Positions 12,401 through 27,400 of a stretch of 64,000 nucleotides of DNA are shown here, in pieces; positions within the stretch are counted from its first letter, which is position 1; every line of letters starts with the position of its first letter. The position numbers and the translations under genes were made by a program. The notes below the pieces were generated by a model. It was not told the DNA's origin, ran no database searches, and was given only the letters and a program-made list of their open reading frames with translations. The stretch covers positions 44,890,001-44,954,000 of the forward strand of contig NC_086108.1 of NCBI RefSeq assembly GCF_963921235.1. The letters run 5' to 3'. This DNA comes from Mobula hypostoma (taxonomy: Eukaryota).

Positions 12401-15400
12401 AAAGATGTTGAGGCTTTGGAAAGGGTGCAGAAGATGTTTATCAGGATGTTGCCTGGACTAGAGGATATGTGTTATAATGAGTACTGGAAAACTTGAGTTG
12501 TTTTCTCTGGGGTGACAGAGGTTGGGAGGAGATCTGATAGAGGTTTATGAGATTATAAGAGTCATCAATACAATATACAGAATCTTTTTCGCAGGGTTGA
12601 CATGTCCAGTACTAAAGGACATACATTTAAGGTGAGAGGGGGCAATTTCAAAAGAAGAGGGTCTCGCCCTAAAATGCTACTGTAGTTTTTATTTCCCCGC
12701 ACCCACCCCCTCCCCCCCCGCCGTAGATGCAGCCTGGCCTGCCGAGTTCCCCCAGCATTGTGTGTGCACTGCTTGGATTTGCAGCATCTGCAGATTTTCT
12801 CTTGTTTGTGAGATGTGAGAGGTACTTTTTTAAAAAACAGAGACTGGTGGTTATGCTGGTTGAGGTGGTGGTAGAGGGAACTACATTAGGGACTTTTAAG
12901 AGATGTTCAGATAGGCACATGAATGTAAGGGAAACAGAAAGCAATGGACATTGTGTCGGCAGAAGGGATGAGTTTAGTTGGCCATTTGATCACTAACTTA
13001 ACTGGTTCAGCACAACACTGTGGGCCAAAGAGCCTGTTCCTGTGCTGTACTGTTCTATGTTCACGAGAAAATGGTTTAAGGTCAAGTCCCTAAACTAACT
13101 TCACCTAAATAAATAAAGTCAGCTGGACACATTAGTATCATCCAGTACCAACTGAAACAAGAGCTCCTTCTTGGTTAAAGGAAAGGTTCCAGGAACAGAG
13201 CAAATTAACAGAGTTTGCCAGATGTACTTAGCCAATCGAGAAGCGACAGAATGAAACTACTACGCAAGCAAAAGGAAGACAGCAACATAAAGAACCCAGC
13301 TGCTGAACAAAGTATCATGTAAGATTTCCAGAAAGGCATAATCTTACATGCTGTTAATCTGATGTGGCTTAAATGACATTCACAGTACCTTGTTAAATAA
13401 ATACATTATCTGCCCCCGTTTCAACACAAAAGTTTTGACCTAAATGAATAAAGCATAATTTCAAAGCCATATTAATACATATAGTTTTAACTTTTAAGAT
13501 GCTGGATGGAGGATACAAATTATATTAAACAAAGCTACAGGATAATAATGCAAGGCAGATGGGTCAATGTTCTGTGATTTAAGTGAAATTTTAATCGTCC
13601 TGTACTGTTTTTAAAAACCACCGTTACAAGTAGTTATCAGTGCAATTTCACAAAGTTAACATCAGGTATTCTTGACGACATCAAAGTTTCCAAGCTCAAT
13701 TTCCCCTCCAAGTAGCTACCCTTCCCGCATTTCCACCACTCTTTGCCTCCAAATAGTTTCTCATCTGAAATCTGAACAGCAATACAGGCTGAGTACCTCC
13801 TCATTCGAAATGCTTGGGTCTGGAAGTGTTTCAGAGTTCTTTGGATTTTGCAATATCTAATGAGATAGCTTGGGATCGCCATCATTTCCGACTGAATTTG
13901 TGTGCTACTGGTAAGCAGTCTCTGTCTTACACTTGAACATCACGCACATGAACTGAACAGTAAAAATTATTACAGACCATCAATAAATATAACATGCGCA
14001 GGGCAAAATCAGCACAACAGCATCAGGAGAATACCTGAATCAGCTGTTGAACAACATCAAACAATGGCAGACTTTCAGTCTCATCTATGACGCCATGTTT
14101 TGATTAAAGGGTTACAGTACACTGTATTTGTATTTTACTTTTAAAGTTTTATGTAAGGTATAAAAACAATCAGCATTATAGACTTGTTCTGGTGTTAGAT
14201 TTTCATGAACAGCAGATGCTTTATAATTTTAATGCCCTGCCTTTCCTTAAATTTCTGCAACCAGCCCACTGAAAATTCACAATTACCTGCAATTTTTGTT
14301 TCATCGTGATAGATCATTGCTTGTTTCATGATCAGCATATCATATCCCCCGGGATCAATAAAGTATGACTATTAAGCGGCACACGTTCAGTCCGATGCTG
14401 ACAATACACGATCGGGATCTTCATTTTTCACTTTATGCAGTGTTTTTCTATTTTTCATTAACTTCAGTTCATTACATATGTGAGGTCACTTCTTGCCTGG
14501 GAACCTTCCCAGTGTCTTGTGGAATTTTCCATTTGTGACCTCAAAGAAAATAAGGATTTCGGAGGTCTTTGGATTTTGGAATTTCAGATAAGGGGTACTC
14601 AACCTGTAATTAGTACAAAGCTACAAGCAAAATTACTCAGCTACAGGGGAAACAAGCTTCTAATGAAACATGACTTTTATAATAAGTTACAAGATGAGAT
14701 GTTGTAAGGAAAATGATCACACTGTCAAATAATCAAGGTTCCAGGAATGCATCTAATACAGGACAACCTGCAGGCTACAAAAAGTAACCTACACAGTTAA
14801 TAAATTGATGTGGCTGAGAAATTCAGTCTCTTTACTCAATGACCGGGCACAATCAGCACAATCCATGTGTTTTACCTGTTCCTGTCTCTGAAGTATCCAA
14901 TCTGAAATAGCACTGTGCTTGGTTACTTCAGGAGTTCTGCTGCCAACCTGGGCAGCTTGACCAGCAAATTGACTTGTGTTCGCCAAGGACTCTGAAAACA
15001 TAGGCACTGTTAACTCTCAGTAACAACAACGATTCGAACAAAATACATACAAAAATATGTTTGAGTGATGTACAAACAGGCCATTCAAGCTTTTTAAATG
15101 GCAGAGCAGTTCAAATGGTAAAACCACCTACTGTACTCCTAGGAAAACATACTCTTTCATACTTAGACAACTTTAACCTACCAGTAACACAAGGTCAAAT
15201 TAAAAAGCTATTAAAATTACTCAGGATGTGTGTGTTTGTTTAGTTAATTAATGGTTCTAGATACTGAGCCAAAGTAAATTTGAATATAAGAGGCAGCTAT
15301 CCAGCTAGAAAATGCAGATGTGATGGCTTGAACTCTGTTCAGATACCGTAACTCCAAATACAAGTACAGTTCAAGCTCAGAGAATGGCCAGAATACTGAT

Positions 15401-18400
15401 GGAATGTAGAAATCTCTCAACGTCTCTCGAGGCAATGCTGAAGTTATACTGTTAACTATTAGCAATACTGGTAAAAACCCAGATTCTTATTATAACATCA
15501 CTTTGATAAAAGGAATAAAGGCATTGACTTATTTTATAAATCAGAATCAGGTTTATTATCACCAGCATGTGACATGAAATTTGTTAACTTAGCAGTAGCA
15601 GAATGCAATACATAATCTAGAAGAGAAATAAAATAGTAATAGATAAAATTAAAACAATAATAAACAAATAAATCACAGTATACGTATATTGAATTGATTT
15701 AAAAAATGAGCAAAAAACAGAAATACTGTATATTAAAAAAGTGAGGTAGTGTTCAAGGATTTAATGTCTATTTAGGAACCGGATGGCAGAGGGAAGAAGC
15801 TGTTCCTGAATCGCTGTGTGTGCCCCCTCAGGCCTCTGTACCTCCTACCTGATGGTAACAGTGAGAAAAGGGGGAGAAAATTCAAAAAAAAAAGGACTTG
15901 TGAGCTCTTGTACAGAATTTTATAAAGGTTAACTTGCAAGTTGAGTTGGTGGTAAAGAAGGCAAATGCAATGTTAGCATTCATTTCGGGAGGACTAGAAT
16001 ATAACAGCAAGTATGTAATGATGAGGCTTTGTAAGACACTGGTGAAGCCTCACTTGGAGCATTGTGGGCAGTTTTGGGCCCCTCATCTAAGAAAAGATAT
16101 GCTGGCATTGAAGAGGATCCCGAGGAGCTCAAAGGAATTATTCCAGGAATGAATTAACACATGAGGAGCATTTGGTAGCCCCAGGTCTGTACTTGCTGAA
16201 GTTTAGAATTTGGGGAAGGAATATCATTGAAACCTATCAAATATTGAAAGGTCAGGATATGAGTGAGCGAGTCTAGGACTAGGGGGCACAGCCTCAGAGT
16301 AGAGGAATATCCATTTGGAACAGAGATGAGGAAGAATTTCGTTAGCCAGGGAGTGGCGAGTCTGTGGAATTTATTGCCATGGATGGCTGTGGAGACCAAG
16401 TCAATTTGTGTATTTAAAGCCGAGGTTATAAGGTCTTGATTAGTCAGGGCATCAAAAGCTACAGGAGAATGGGACTGAGAGGGGTAATAAATCAGCCATG
16501 ATGGAATGGTGGAGGAGAATTTATGGGCCAAATGGCCTAATTCTACTACTATGTCTTATTGTCTTATAATAAAATTAAAGGCATCCATTAGTCTTGCGAG
16601 ACCATGGATCTGCACCTGGAAAGTCTTCACCCTCCAGGGCGCAGGCCTGGGCAAGGTTGTATGGAAGACCAGCAGTTGCCCATGCTGCAAGTCTCCCTTC
16701 TCCATGACACCAATGTTGTCCAAGGGAAGAGCATTAGGACCCATACAGCGTGGCACCAGTGTCGTTGCAGAGTAATGTGTGATTAAGTGCCTTGCTCAAG
16801 GACACAACACGTTCCCTCGGCTGGGCCTCAAACTCACGACCTTCAGGTCGCTAGTCCAATGCCTTAACCACTTGGCCATGTGCCGTCTTATAATACAAAT
16901 ATAAAAACTCAATTAATATGCAACTAGTAGAAATATAATTCGCAAACTTTAAAAAAATCTGGTTTTATGAATAAAAATAAGTGACAGAATGATAGAATAC
17001 AGCATATAAATGAGGCAAGGCAATTAGAGGTGGTAGTTTGCACCCTAGGCAACGAGAGGAACTCACATTTATTAATAAGGGCATACCAGAATTAACATAG
17101 CCAAGATAATGGCATTGAATAAAACAGCGGAACAAAATAAGTGTCAATACTCTAGGATCAGACGAGTTTTCATCTTGGATTTTAAAGGAAATGGTTGAAA
17201 CTTTGAAAGATCACAAGGCATTTATGAGTTCTCTTAATTTTGGACTTATTGCTCATTTTAGAAAATTGAACACTTTAAGTTGTGGAAAGGCAAGTGTTGA
17301 AACAAACTATACTAGTTAATCTAACATCTTTTGATACATTATGTTTGCCTGTAATTAATTGGTAATTGGGTTATTATTGTCAAAAGTAATGCAGTACAAT
17401 GCAAAGAAAAATCTTTCTGCGGGCCACCCACACAGATCACTTTAAAATACATTAAGAGAAAGAAAGTAGAATAGAATAGTGTTACAGAGGAACCTTAGTA
17501 ACTTTCAGCTAATCAGCCAGTACTACAAGGATTTATAAATGATAGATCACGCAAAATATGAATAAGTTTTTTAAAGAAATTATTGAAATAGTGAGCAGGA
17601 CAATGTTTATGGATATTTATATAGGGTTCCAGGAATAGTTTTTTTATTGCTGGGTTTTCAAAAGTCTCCCAATCTTCAGACTTACTATTCTTCATAACAA
17701 TATTACAAGGCTTTTTAAAGAAAATTATATAAACCTAAGCAACCTGAGCCTCTTACTTGCCCAGAATGGTCACATTTCCCACAAAGGTTTTACTTCTCAA
17801 CAGAAAGTACAATATATTCATTGAGAATTAAATATTTTATTTTAAATGTCTGATACTGTTAATCTCCCAGCAACTTAATTGAATTTCACAGTCAACATTA
17901 TGATTCCTGCGGAACTGTCAATTTCAAGATTAACAGGATGCATTCCTAGAAAACTGTCCATATCGTGAGTTCATGTGATGCAAAACTATCATGAGTGCAC
18001 ATCAAGAAATGAGTTTTGAAAATTCTGTTTATTTACTTCTTGCCCTTCTTCCCAAATGACTTCTGTAAGAGCAAATTTTAATTCTGCGTTTCAATTTATT
18101 TTTTAAGATACTGATTTGTGAATTCTGCAAGGGCGAATTACTGTTACCCATATGGCTGTAATGCAGGGGTCATCTGTATTACCTTCGTTACAAAATTAAT
18201 GATCAAACTCAATTAGTTGATTGGCTGAGTAATCAATTAATACTCAGCGGATAGCTGCTATTAGGGGGCTTTAACTTTAATCCTTTACTTTCTCCCATGA
18301 GAATCCGTATGGATGACACTTCCTGAACTGTGTATTTGTTCGTCTACTTTGTTCACAGATAAAGGACGTTTAATATTACCATTTAATCTCAATTGGACCA

Positions 18401-21400
18401 AATTTACTGATACTATATGCCTTGCTAAACACAAGAGATTTGGTAAACAAGGTACAGCTTTGGAAGCTTGATATCAGCAGAAAGTTGCCAATTCCAGAGT
18501 CCTCAGATGAGAAGTGAATTTAAATAGAGAGGTAATGGCCAGATTTGTGAAATAACGTATTAGACCTGTGAAACAGCTAATGTAAAGCTATACATGTTCA
18601 ATTAAACCAAAAGGAGAAGTCACACAACTGGGAATTATGGACCTTTAAACAGTCCAACGGAAGACCAAAACCATTTTGTGTGTGTTGCTGTAGATTTCTA
18701 CCATCTGCAGGATCTCTTGTGTTTATCACAATTCATTGTATTTTATACGATTACTTTTATATCTTTTGTACCTTTTTACTGTATTCTTTATGCTTGTATT
18801 TCATTTTTATGCTCCATCAGATCCGGAGTAACAATAGTTTCATTCTATTTTATACTTGTGTACTGAAGAATAACAATAATCTTGAATCTGTCTCTAGAAT
18901 TCCATATTTCTGTACAACCGCTTAAGTGCAGTTAAATCACAGAAGTTAACAGCGAAGAAAGGCAATAAAAGGATACTCAAAAAAGACAGCAATTATTAAC
19001 TTGTTGAGTAAAACCTTACACATTTTGATCAATTCATACATTAACACTGTACCATATTCAATTTGTAAAGCCTCTGACAAGATTAGTTCAATCTCAGTGA
19101 AAATTTTACTTTTAAGTTTTCCATAAACAAAGGCTTCTAATAAGGCTGTTTCACTTTTCTGCAGACCAAACTATAGCACAGACATACCTGTGGAACGAGA
19201 TGCCGACGACCAAAGTTTTGGTCCCCTCTTCATTAAACGAGGGCTCCGCACTGAGCCATAGTAAGGAGAACCCAAGTCATTGAAGCGGGTCACAGTAGAT
19301 GAGTCAAAAGGACTGCCCAAATCTGGTGTAAAGGGGAGGCTAAGGAGGCTCTTCAAGGATGAGGACTTGTTCATTGCTGAATCCAGGGGGCTTTGGGGAA
19401 AAGGAGTAAGGAATGGCACCTTTCGGGAAGGCTGGTAGCTGACAGGCTCTTCAAGACAAGACGTTTCTGCAACAGAAGGAAAGATGACAATGAAGGCAAT
19501 CCTATGACAGGGTTTTCAAACAAAACTAGATTGTTGCAAGTTTAGGTCATAAATAGGATGGCTACTGAATGATTAAAAATCTAATTAAAACATCAATTTA
19601 TAATTCACATGTTCAAGTTCCCTCATCTCTATAAACTTCTCCACTCCAAACTCTGCACTCCACTACTTCTAGCACAACATTGATATCCACTTCACAAATG
19701 ATGACAATTTGGCCACAAGGGCTGGCGGATATGGGGGTAGCGGGAAGAGAGGGAACAGGACTAAGTGAATGGTGGAACTTTATATCAGAAGAAGTTTCTG
19801 CTCCAGCTTACAGCTCCATTCATCTCAGTTCCTGATCCTTCACTTCCACTCTTCTCTGCATCTTATAAACCTACTTGCTCTAACTTCTTTCAGAATCCAT
19901 GAAAGGCCATCAATTTCAAATGGCTACCTTGAGCTTGGCCTGCTGTGCATTTAAAACACCTTCAGTTTTTATTTCAGATTTTCCACAGCTGTTTATTCAA
20001 ATAAAAATCTAAATCAATTTGTTATTGCTTAAAAAAATCCAAAACATGTTGTAGCAATTCTGGACTGCTTTTTGGAAGCAAGTGATAGATTTCAGGTATT
20101 CCATTGTCAACAAATTATTGTAACTATGAAATGGAGAAACAAAAAGGAACATCAGATTGAAGTTTTGATCAATTTTATGTCCTTTGGTCTTATATCCAAA
20201 ATGTTCTGTGCATCACATCAAATAAATGCTGTCCATTAGTAACCTGACGCACAATGTACAAAGAAAAATTACATAGCATCATTTAAACAAATTAAACTTG
20301 AGATCTGACCTGATGTACTTGACTGGTGACCTTCTCCAGGAATGGGATATGGTTTGACTCGACCATTGGCAGCTATAGCTTCCTGATACTCAATCAGCTT
20401 GTGTGTTAGGTCATTTAGCAAGGCTAAGCATTCACCTGATATGGCTATCCAATTATGAGGATGGCCACCTTAAATTAAGAACACAAAAATGATCAACTAC
20501 AGTCATTAGGTTAAAATTTAAGCTAATATTTAATTTATATAGCACTTTGTCAAAAGCACAACCTATAACACTGAGTGAAATAAAACAAAAAAAACAGAAA
20601 AAAAATCAGATATAGTATTGAGTGGAACCTGAAACAGAGACATGCATTAAAATCTCATCAAGAGTGTCCCCATGATTCAGTTCATACACTCCAGATGAAG
20701 CACCTGAACTGAACTCATATTCTGACTTTCTCAGCAAGTAACTTTTCAAACAACAGGCAGTTTACAGAGTTAAGTGGATGAGACAGGATGCTGTTAGGAA
20801 TTAAGCTCATTGGGAAATCTGTGCAAAGGATCTGATAGGGATGGTTGAGAGAGAATTTTAGGAAAAGTGAGTCGTGATGGAGAAAAGCAAGAGTGAAAGA
20901 ATGAGATTGAAATGAATGACACAGACACTAAGATAAACAATTTTCTTGAAATTGTGAATTGTTGCATATTTCCAGGATGATAGTCATAGTAACCGAAATA
21001 CTAACTTCCACAAGAGACTCCCCCCCCCGCCCCACCACCAGAATCAGCTTGTGCTCACTAAAAAGTGAGCTCTATTACCACCAAAATTAATATATTTGTT
21101 GGTACCCCAAAAATCAATTGAATGATCCTGCAACCACATCACTGTACAGAAACTAACAGTAATAAATCCACTCCTAGTAAATAATGCACAAGGATCAGGA
21201 TTATTACAAATGGCTGCATCTTCCCACCCAATTCCTAAAAATCAACATCAATCCATGCAGAATATCAAATCAGTACAATCTTGCATCTATCTAATATCCA
21301 AGAGATTTCTTAATGAGGAACTTGGCCATACCTGGTTGGCTAAGGCTGAATACTTCTTGTCTTCGACAGGGTGAATATTGAGAAAGCAAGGCCAAATCTT

Positions 21401-24400
21401 GCAATGCAAGGTACTGCAAAACAGATGCACGCATGTAGTTAGCAGCTTGCTGGCACTGTCTAAACAAGCAACTGCAATTATTGGGACTGTGTACTATATT
21501 AGTGACTGTTTTACCTTTACACAAGGGGAAACATTGGCATTTAGAACTTTAGGAAGACACTGATTGGCATCCTCTCCAAAAGTGGACTGCACAGAAAATT
21601 GGAATACCTGAATCAATGGAACAGAGAAAAACACAACACATAATGGAACCTTCAAACCACAAGCAAGTACAATACTGACCTACTATAAATGAATTCTGAA
21701 CTTTTCAAAAATTGTCAATAATCTAAATTTGTCCATATTCAAAGATAGGACCGAAACAGGAACTTTCTGATATTCTAATACAGGGACACATGACTCTTGA
21801 CAGATACAGATGGACAGGAAGAGCATCAGCAGCTAAAGCAGTGACACTCTATAATGTGGGCAGCATTTAAATTAGCTAATCTATTTATGTTGTCACATTG
21901 ATAAAAATATTACTTCTACATTTCAAAGCTAGTAATAGAAAACTCAAGATTCAAACATGATTTGCTCATCCACAATCAAGTTTGGAAATCACAATTACTA
22001 GCAAATAGCCAATGCCTTTCAATGGAAAATCCCACAAAAGGTAGTGGATTTGGCCCAGTACATCATAGGTACAACGCTTCCAGCCATTGTCCTCATCTAC
22101 ATGAAATCCATCAACAAAAATCCACACTGCTCTGGCTGTGTTCTTTTCTCACTGCTATCAGGTAGAAGGTACAAATGGCTCAGAACTCACATCACCAGGT
22201 TCCAGAAAGAGTTACTACCCCTTAACCATCAGGCTCTTGAACAACCAATGGTCTCAGTTTATGGACCTCTCATCTGGTTATTTCATGTGCCTTATTTATA
22301 TTTGCATTTGCAATTTGTTTATTGATCCTGTTTAGTTACTGTTCTATAGATTTGCCAAGTACTGTATGCCTGCAAGAAAAAGAATCCCAGGGTTGTATGT
22401 GGTGATGCGTATGTACTCTGATAATAAATTTTACTTTGAACATGTCATAAGGCCACTGGAGCCAAGTCTTTTCATTTCATAGGTTAAATCAGATCCTGTA
22501 TCTCATGTTCACTTCCCAATCACTGTTCAAAAATGTGCATTAAACATTCCAGACCAATGAGCACCCACAGTCTTCTTAATATCTACAACTGTATGAATAA
22601 AGAAATAATTTATCAATTCTGCCTTACTAGGCAATCTCCTAACCCCAAGACTCTGATGTTAATTTAGACCTCGCAGCTATATGTAGTTATCAACCTGTCA
22701 ATAACTCAGTAATTTATCTTGTTTCCAATATGGTCAGTTCTTATTCTTTCATTTCCAGTAAATCCAAGTTCATTCTGGTAGCTATCAGATGAATCCACGC
22801 TGCACTACATCCAAGTACATTCTTACTTCAGCACAGGGACCAAAACTGACCCCATACTGTATATCAGGCGGCCTCACCAAAGCCTTGTTCCAAATGCAGG
22901 AAGACATCTTTCTTGCTGTGCCTCAATCCTCTTGCCACAAATCCCAAAGTGTCATTTGTATCCTGTGTTGCAGCTGCATAATACCGTGCTTCATGAACCA
23001 TCACGTCACATCTTACTCAATTCACTTTTGTCTCTTGCCATTAAAAAAAAATGCTTTTCTATTACTTGTACTGATGTGAGTAACCTCACCTTTTACCATA
23101 TTATTCTCCACCTGCCAAACTGCTATCTGCCTATTCCACCCTTCTGGACTTAAATCCCTCTGCAGACTCTTCGCATTCTCTCCACATCTCTTTTCCACTG
23201 CAGCAGCAGCAACTTTAGATATGTTATACTATATAGATTGTAATGGTAATGATACAAATAAAAGATCATAATATAACATATCCAAAGTTGCTGTTAGTAC
23301 AGAGGAAACTGCTTCGCTATACCCTTCACTAAAGATCACTGCTCAGACGCAAGAATGTAGGGCCCAGAGGTCGTTGCTACGGTCAATCTGAGAAAGACTG
23401 GTTCATTCCTACTGTCGTCGGCTATTTAGTTGATCTTATCCTTGCTAAAATCTGAACCGCAAACCTGTTCCTTTTGTTTGTGTAGCACTGTGTTAAGAGA
23501 CTTCTAAAAAATATCAACACAGTTACTCTTCATGTATTTGGTTGGCTTTTTTGACGATGTCATTATTGACCAATTGGCATAGAATTAACCTTTTTCTGCC
23601 TCTCTTGTTCTTGAATATCATTCTTCTAATTGCTACCCTTCCATCTGCAGGGACTGATAGAATGTTGAGAATTTTAGAAAAAAAACATCTTCTGTTCACT
23701 ATCTCAACAGCCATCTCTTTCAGAATCCTAGAAGCTGTTTCAGGTCTGGAGGATTTGTCAGCTCTTAGATGTCTACTTTCTTTTTTTAAAACACCGACAT
23801 TAATTGCTATAAATCCTTCGTTCTCATTATATTCTGAAGTTCCCGCTATTTTTGGTACCTTAACTGCACTTGAGAACAATGATTTAAGACCTTAGTCATT
23901 TCTGTGCTTCCATTTCATGATCTTTCTCATGATATTTCTGTGACAGTTTGGTTTTACTAGAATGTAATATACTGATAAAACAACATTTTTCCCTTTTACA
24001 TGGACCAGATTTGAACCCCCCCTCCCCCACTCTCACATGTAAATATTTCATGGTGGTTTATGCTCACATCCTATCTTCTCACCTCATCAACATTGTTTAC
24101 CCAAAGGTTGCTTGCGATAATACGTTGGCAATTACAATATTTTTATATTTAGAATAACTGTAATTCAGGAGATCTTATCTAAACAGATACCTTATAAGTA
24201 TTCCATACTCACCTCTGTGACGAAGATTTTAAAGAGCACCCATGTAATGTACCAGGTAACCAAGAGAAATGTACCACTTAGCCAGGTCGTGTAGAGCAGT
24301 GGCAAGTCAAACAGTCCAGTCAGGGTGTCCAGGGAATGCTGTATGCTTCAGAAAAAGTTACAGATAGTTTTATTTTCCAAGTGCTCATTCACAAATTAGC

Positions 24401-27400
24401 ACTACTTCTGGAAATATCGGTTCTCACTGTGGTCATCTGACAGACATACCACTTTCTAAAAAGAAACACGGAAGTTAAGCATATACCTGAACTGCTTCAC
24501 TACACCCTTTGGCAAAGATCACTGCTCAGACACAAGAATATTGAAGTAAAGCAGAAAACAGTTTTGCGTGATTAAGCTCAGGGTACATAACAGTTACATT
24601 AATCTTTTGAACCATTTATCCCAGCACGCTTTCCTGTGCTAGGTTCTGGGGAATTGCAAATTTGGTACAATGCCATGGATACATTATAGAAAAGGATTCC
24701 AATTTAAATGAAGATCTGTGGAAGGGGAAGAGGCAGAAGAAATGTTCCTGCTTTGGACAGCGTCAGATTTTTAATTTGTGCTCAACCTGACCTGGCTAAA
24801 TTCCACATTTAGAATTAGGACGCTTAAAATCATTTTCATTACAAAAAACTATTCCTGGTCTACAAGTCCCCAATTTCTTGATAGATGATATTCAGTATCT
24901 CCAGTCTACCTCAGTAGATAAAATACACTAGTGGGTTGCCAGAGGACAAAACAAACATAATAGATTTAAACTCAGGAGGCCTTGTCTTACTGAGTTCGAT
25001 CAGCTCCTAACCCTTTTGGCTTCAATGCCCTTGGCCAGAGGTTTGGAACAATATACATTTTAAAAAAAATCAGTGGTTTTGGTAGAGAAAAAGAAATAAA
25101 ACAAAAAACCTCAAAATAATTAGTAGGTACCATATTAAACATCATTGACTGAATACTTAGTATTCAGCCCACGAACCTGTCCTTTTGAAGGGTCGTTGAG
25201 GCACTTATCCAAGCTCTTGGCACATAACCTAGGAATTAAAATAAAAATACAACAGAAAAATCAAATTAAGGACCTTCAAGATTAATTGGCCCAAAGTTAA
25301 TTGAGCAGATTTTGGCTACAAGGCAATACCACCAATAAAAAAAGCAGTACTGAAATTTAATATTTATGAATAAGCACATTGCACTTTACCTTTCAACATT
25401 AAGAGCAATAAACAGAGGCTACAGATACATGAAAGTAAAACACACACCAAGATCTTTAATTTGTTTTCAAAATCAAAGTTTATGGCTGTAGCCATGAGAA
25501 TAGAAATGAAATGATGATCAGAACATAAATGCTAATGTTATTGCACACCAACTTACTGCTGAGTTGCAAGATGGGTTAGAAGAGCAGAAATTTGCAAAGG
25601 CAACTGCAGAAGTCTATACCAAGATTAAGAAATATTAACCAGACTTCTAGTAAATTCATGCAAAACGTTACCTCTTACAGTTATTAACTCTTTCGCCTTT
25701 AAACATAAGTTTATTCAGATTATTTCCCCATATTGTATTCACCTCTCTTCTCCCCATCCTTATGGACAGCATGTGATGTCAAGAATCTACCACAACTAAA
25801 CTTCTTCATAAAAACATTTTATGTTTGCATTCTAATTTAGTAATCAAAATAATTAATAAGTTTTTATTCATTGAAAAGTAGTATTAGTATTCTTTCATTT
25901 TACACTGCTATTGCTTGCATCATTTTTTGCTTCTGGTCACCCAATGAACATTCCGAAGTCGTTACTCAATGGATATATTCAGTGGAGGACAAGCAGAGGC
26001 AATCATTGCATGAGAGTGATACAATCACATGAACCTGGAATGACACAATTTTTTTAAAAAAGTTACCTAGAAAGTAGTAAAGGATGCAGTAGTTTCTCAG
26101 GAAATACAATGACTGCACAGCACTGTATTTAATGACCAGTGGCAGGTTTGCTTTAAAACGCAGGTACTTGAATTGCTACAAAAAAAAAGATGGATTACTT
26201 TTTCCCTTTCCTTAAATCTAGCTCATTATATTGCACTTTAACGTTTACCTGCACTGCATTTTTTGTAGCTTTTACACTGCATTGCTATTATTTCACCTTT
26301 TTCTACTTTGATGCACAGTGTAATAATTGATCTTTATGAACAGTATGCAAGGCAAGATTTCCCACTGTATACTGGTACACCTGGCAATTCCAATGATAAA
26401 CCAATACCAATAAATTATCTCCCAGTGTAACCCATTCAAAGGCAGTCTGCACACTGCATACTCGAAAGACAACGGCAGTGAGGGAATTATCAACACTGTG
26501 CCCTATACCGTTTTCAGTCTTTAATGTTCCAACTAGTTTTTGCTCCGTCTAACCCAGCAAAATAAAAAGAATCATTTAACAGCACAAATCAAAGCCCCAC
26601 CACATCTTTTTATTTCCACAATGAAAAGCAGATTAAGCTATAGGTACTCAGAGGGTCCAGATTAGCTTTAACTGCAGATTACACACCTGAATTGATATTT
26701 AAATATTATACCTGTAAATACCTAGAAGATGCAGTTTGTGGCTCTCTAATTTCTATTTTATTCATCTCCTGTTAAAGGGACCACAAATCGAAAGCCCAGT
26801 AACTTGTGCAAAATTTTATATTGAAACAATGTCCATAAACTGCAAAAGGATGACCTCACTTTCCTTCTACACGTTAAATGTAGTGTTACAACACTTGTCA
26901 CAATGCTTCACAACGCCAAGCGAGAAACACGTCCATTATTCATGCCAGGGTTAAGCACCACTTGCAACTAGGCTACACAGTAACTGCCACTAGGAAGGAG
27001 GTGAGGAACAGAGGTGCACGAAATAGTAGATTGTTACATCACCTGACCAAGATGCCAAATCAAACAAAAAAGTTACAATTTAAAAATATTACTACATGGA
27101 CACAAGGGCTGAAGCCAGAGAAGACACCAGAGGGAATAGAGCAGAACCAAAAATAGATGACTAAAGAGGCAATGAGCAGATGGCAGCAAGCTTGCTTTAG
27201 AACGGGGCTTTGAAGTCTGGACGAATGACTTCAACGTGCTGCTTTAAAACAAATATTTCGTACAATAGAAATTGATCTGCTTTTAGAATATTTGAAGTAG
27301 AACTTAACAGTAACATTACCTGCAAAGTTGGGAAAGATAAATAATTTAAGTTGTTAATAAAATAAAGCAGACTGTAACTGTATCCTATAAATGCTCCTTC

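Noticed and set aside
16820..16884. tRNA-like sequence on the minus strand
   Set aside because: It is the head of a TSD-flanked SINE and lacks a proper acceptor stem, so it is not a tRNA gene.
24420..24545. Possible intronic H/ACA snoRNA (hairpin plus ACA near the end)
   Set aside because: No ANANNA H box at the expected position and no convincing second hairpin.
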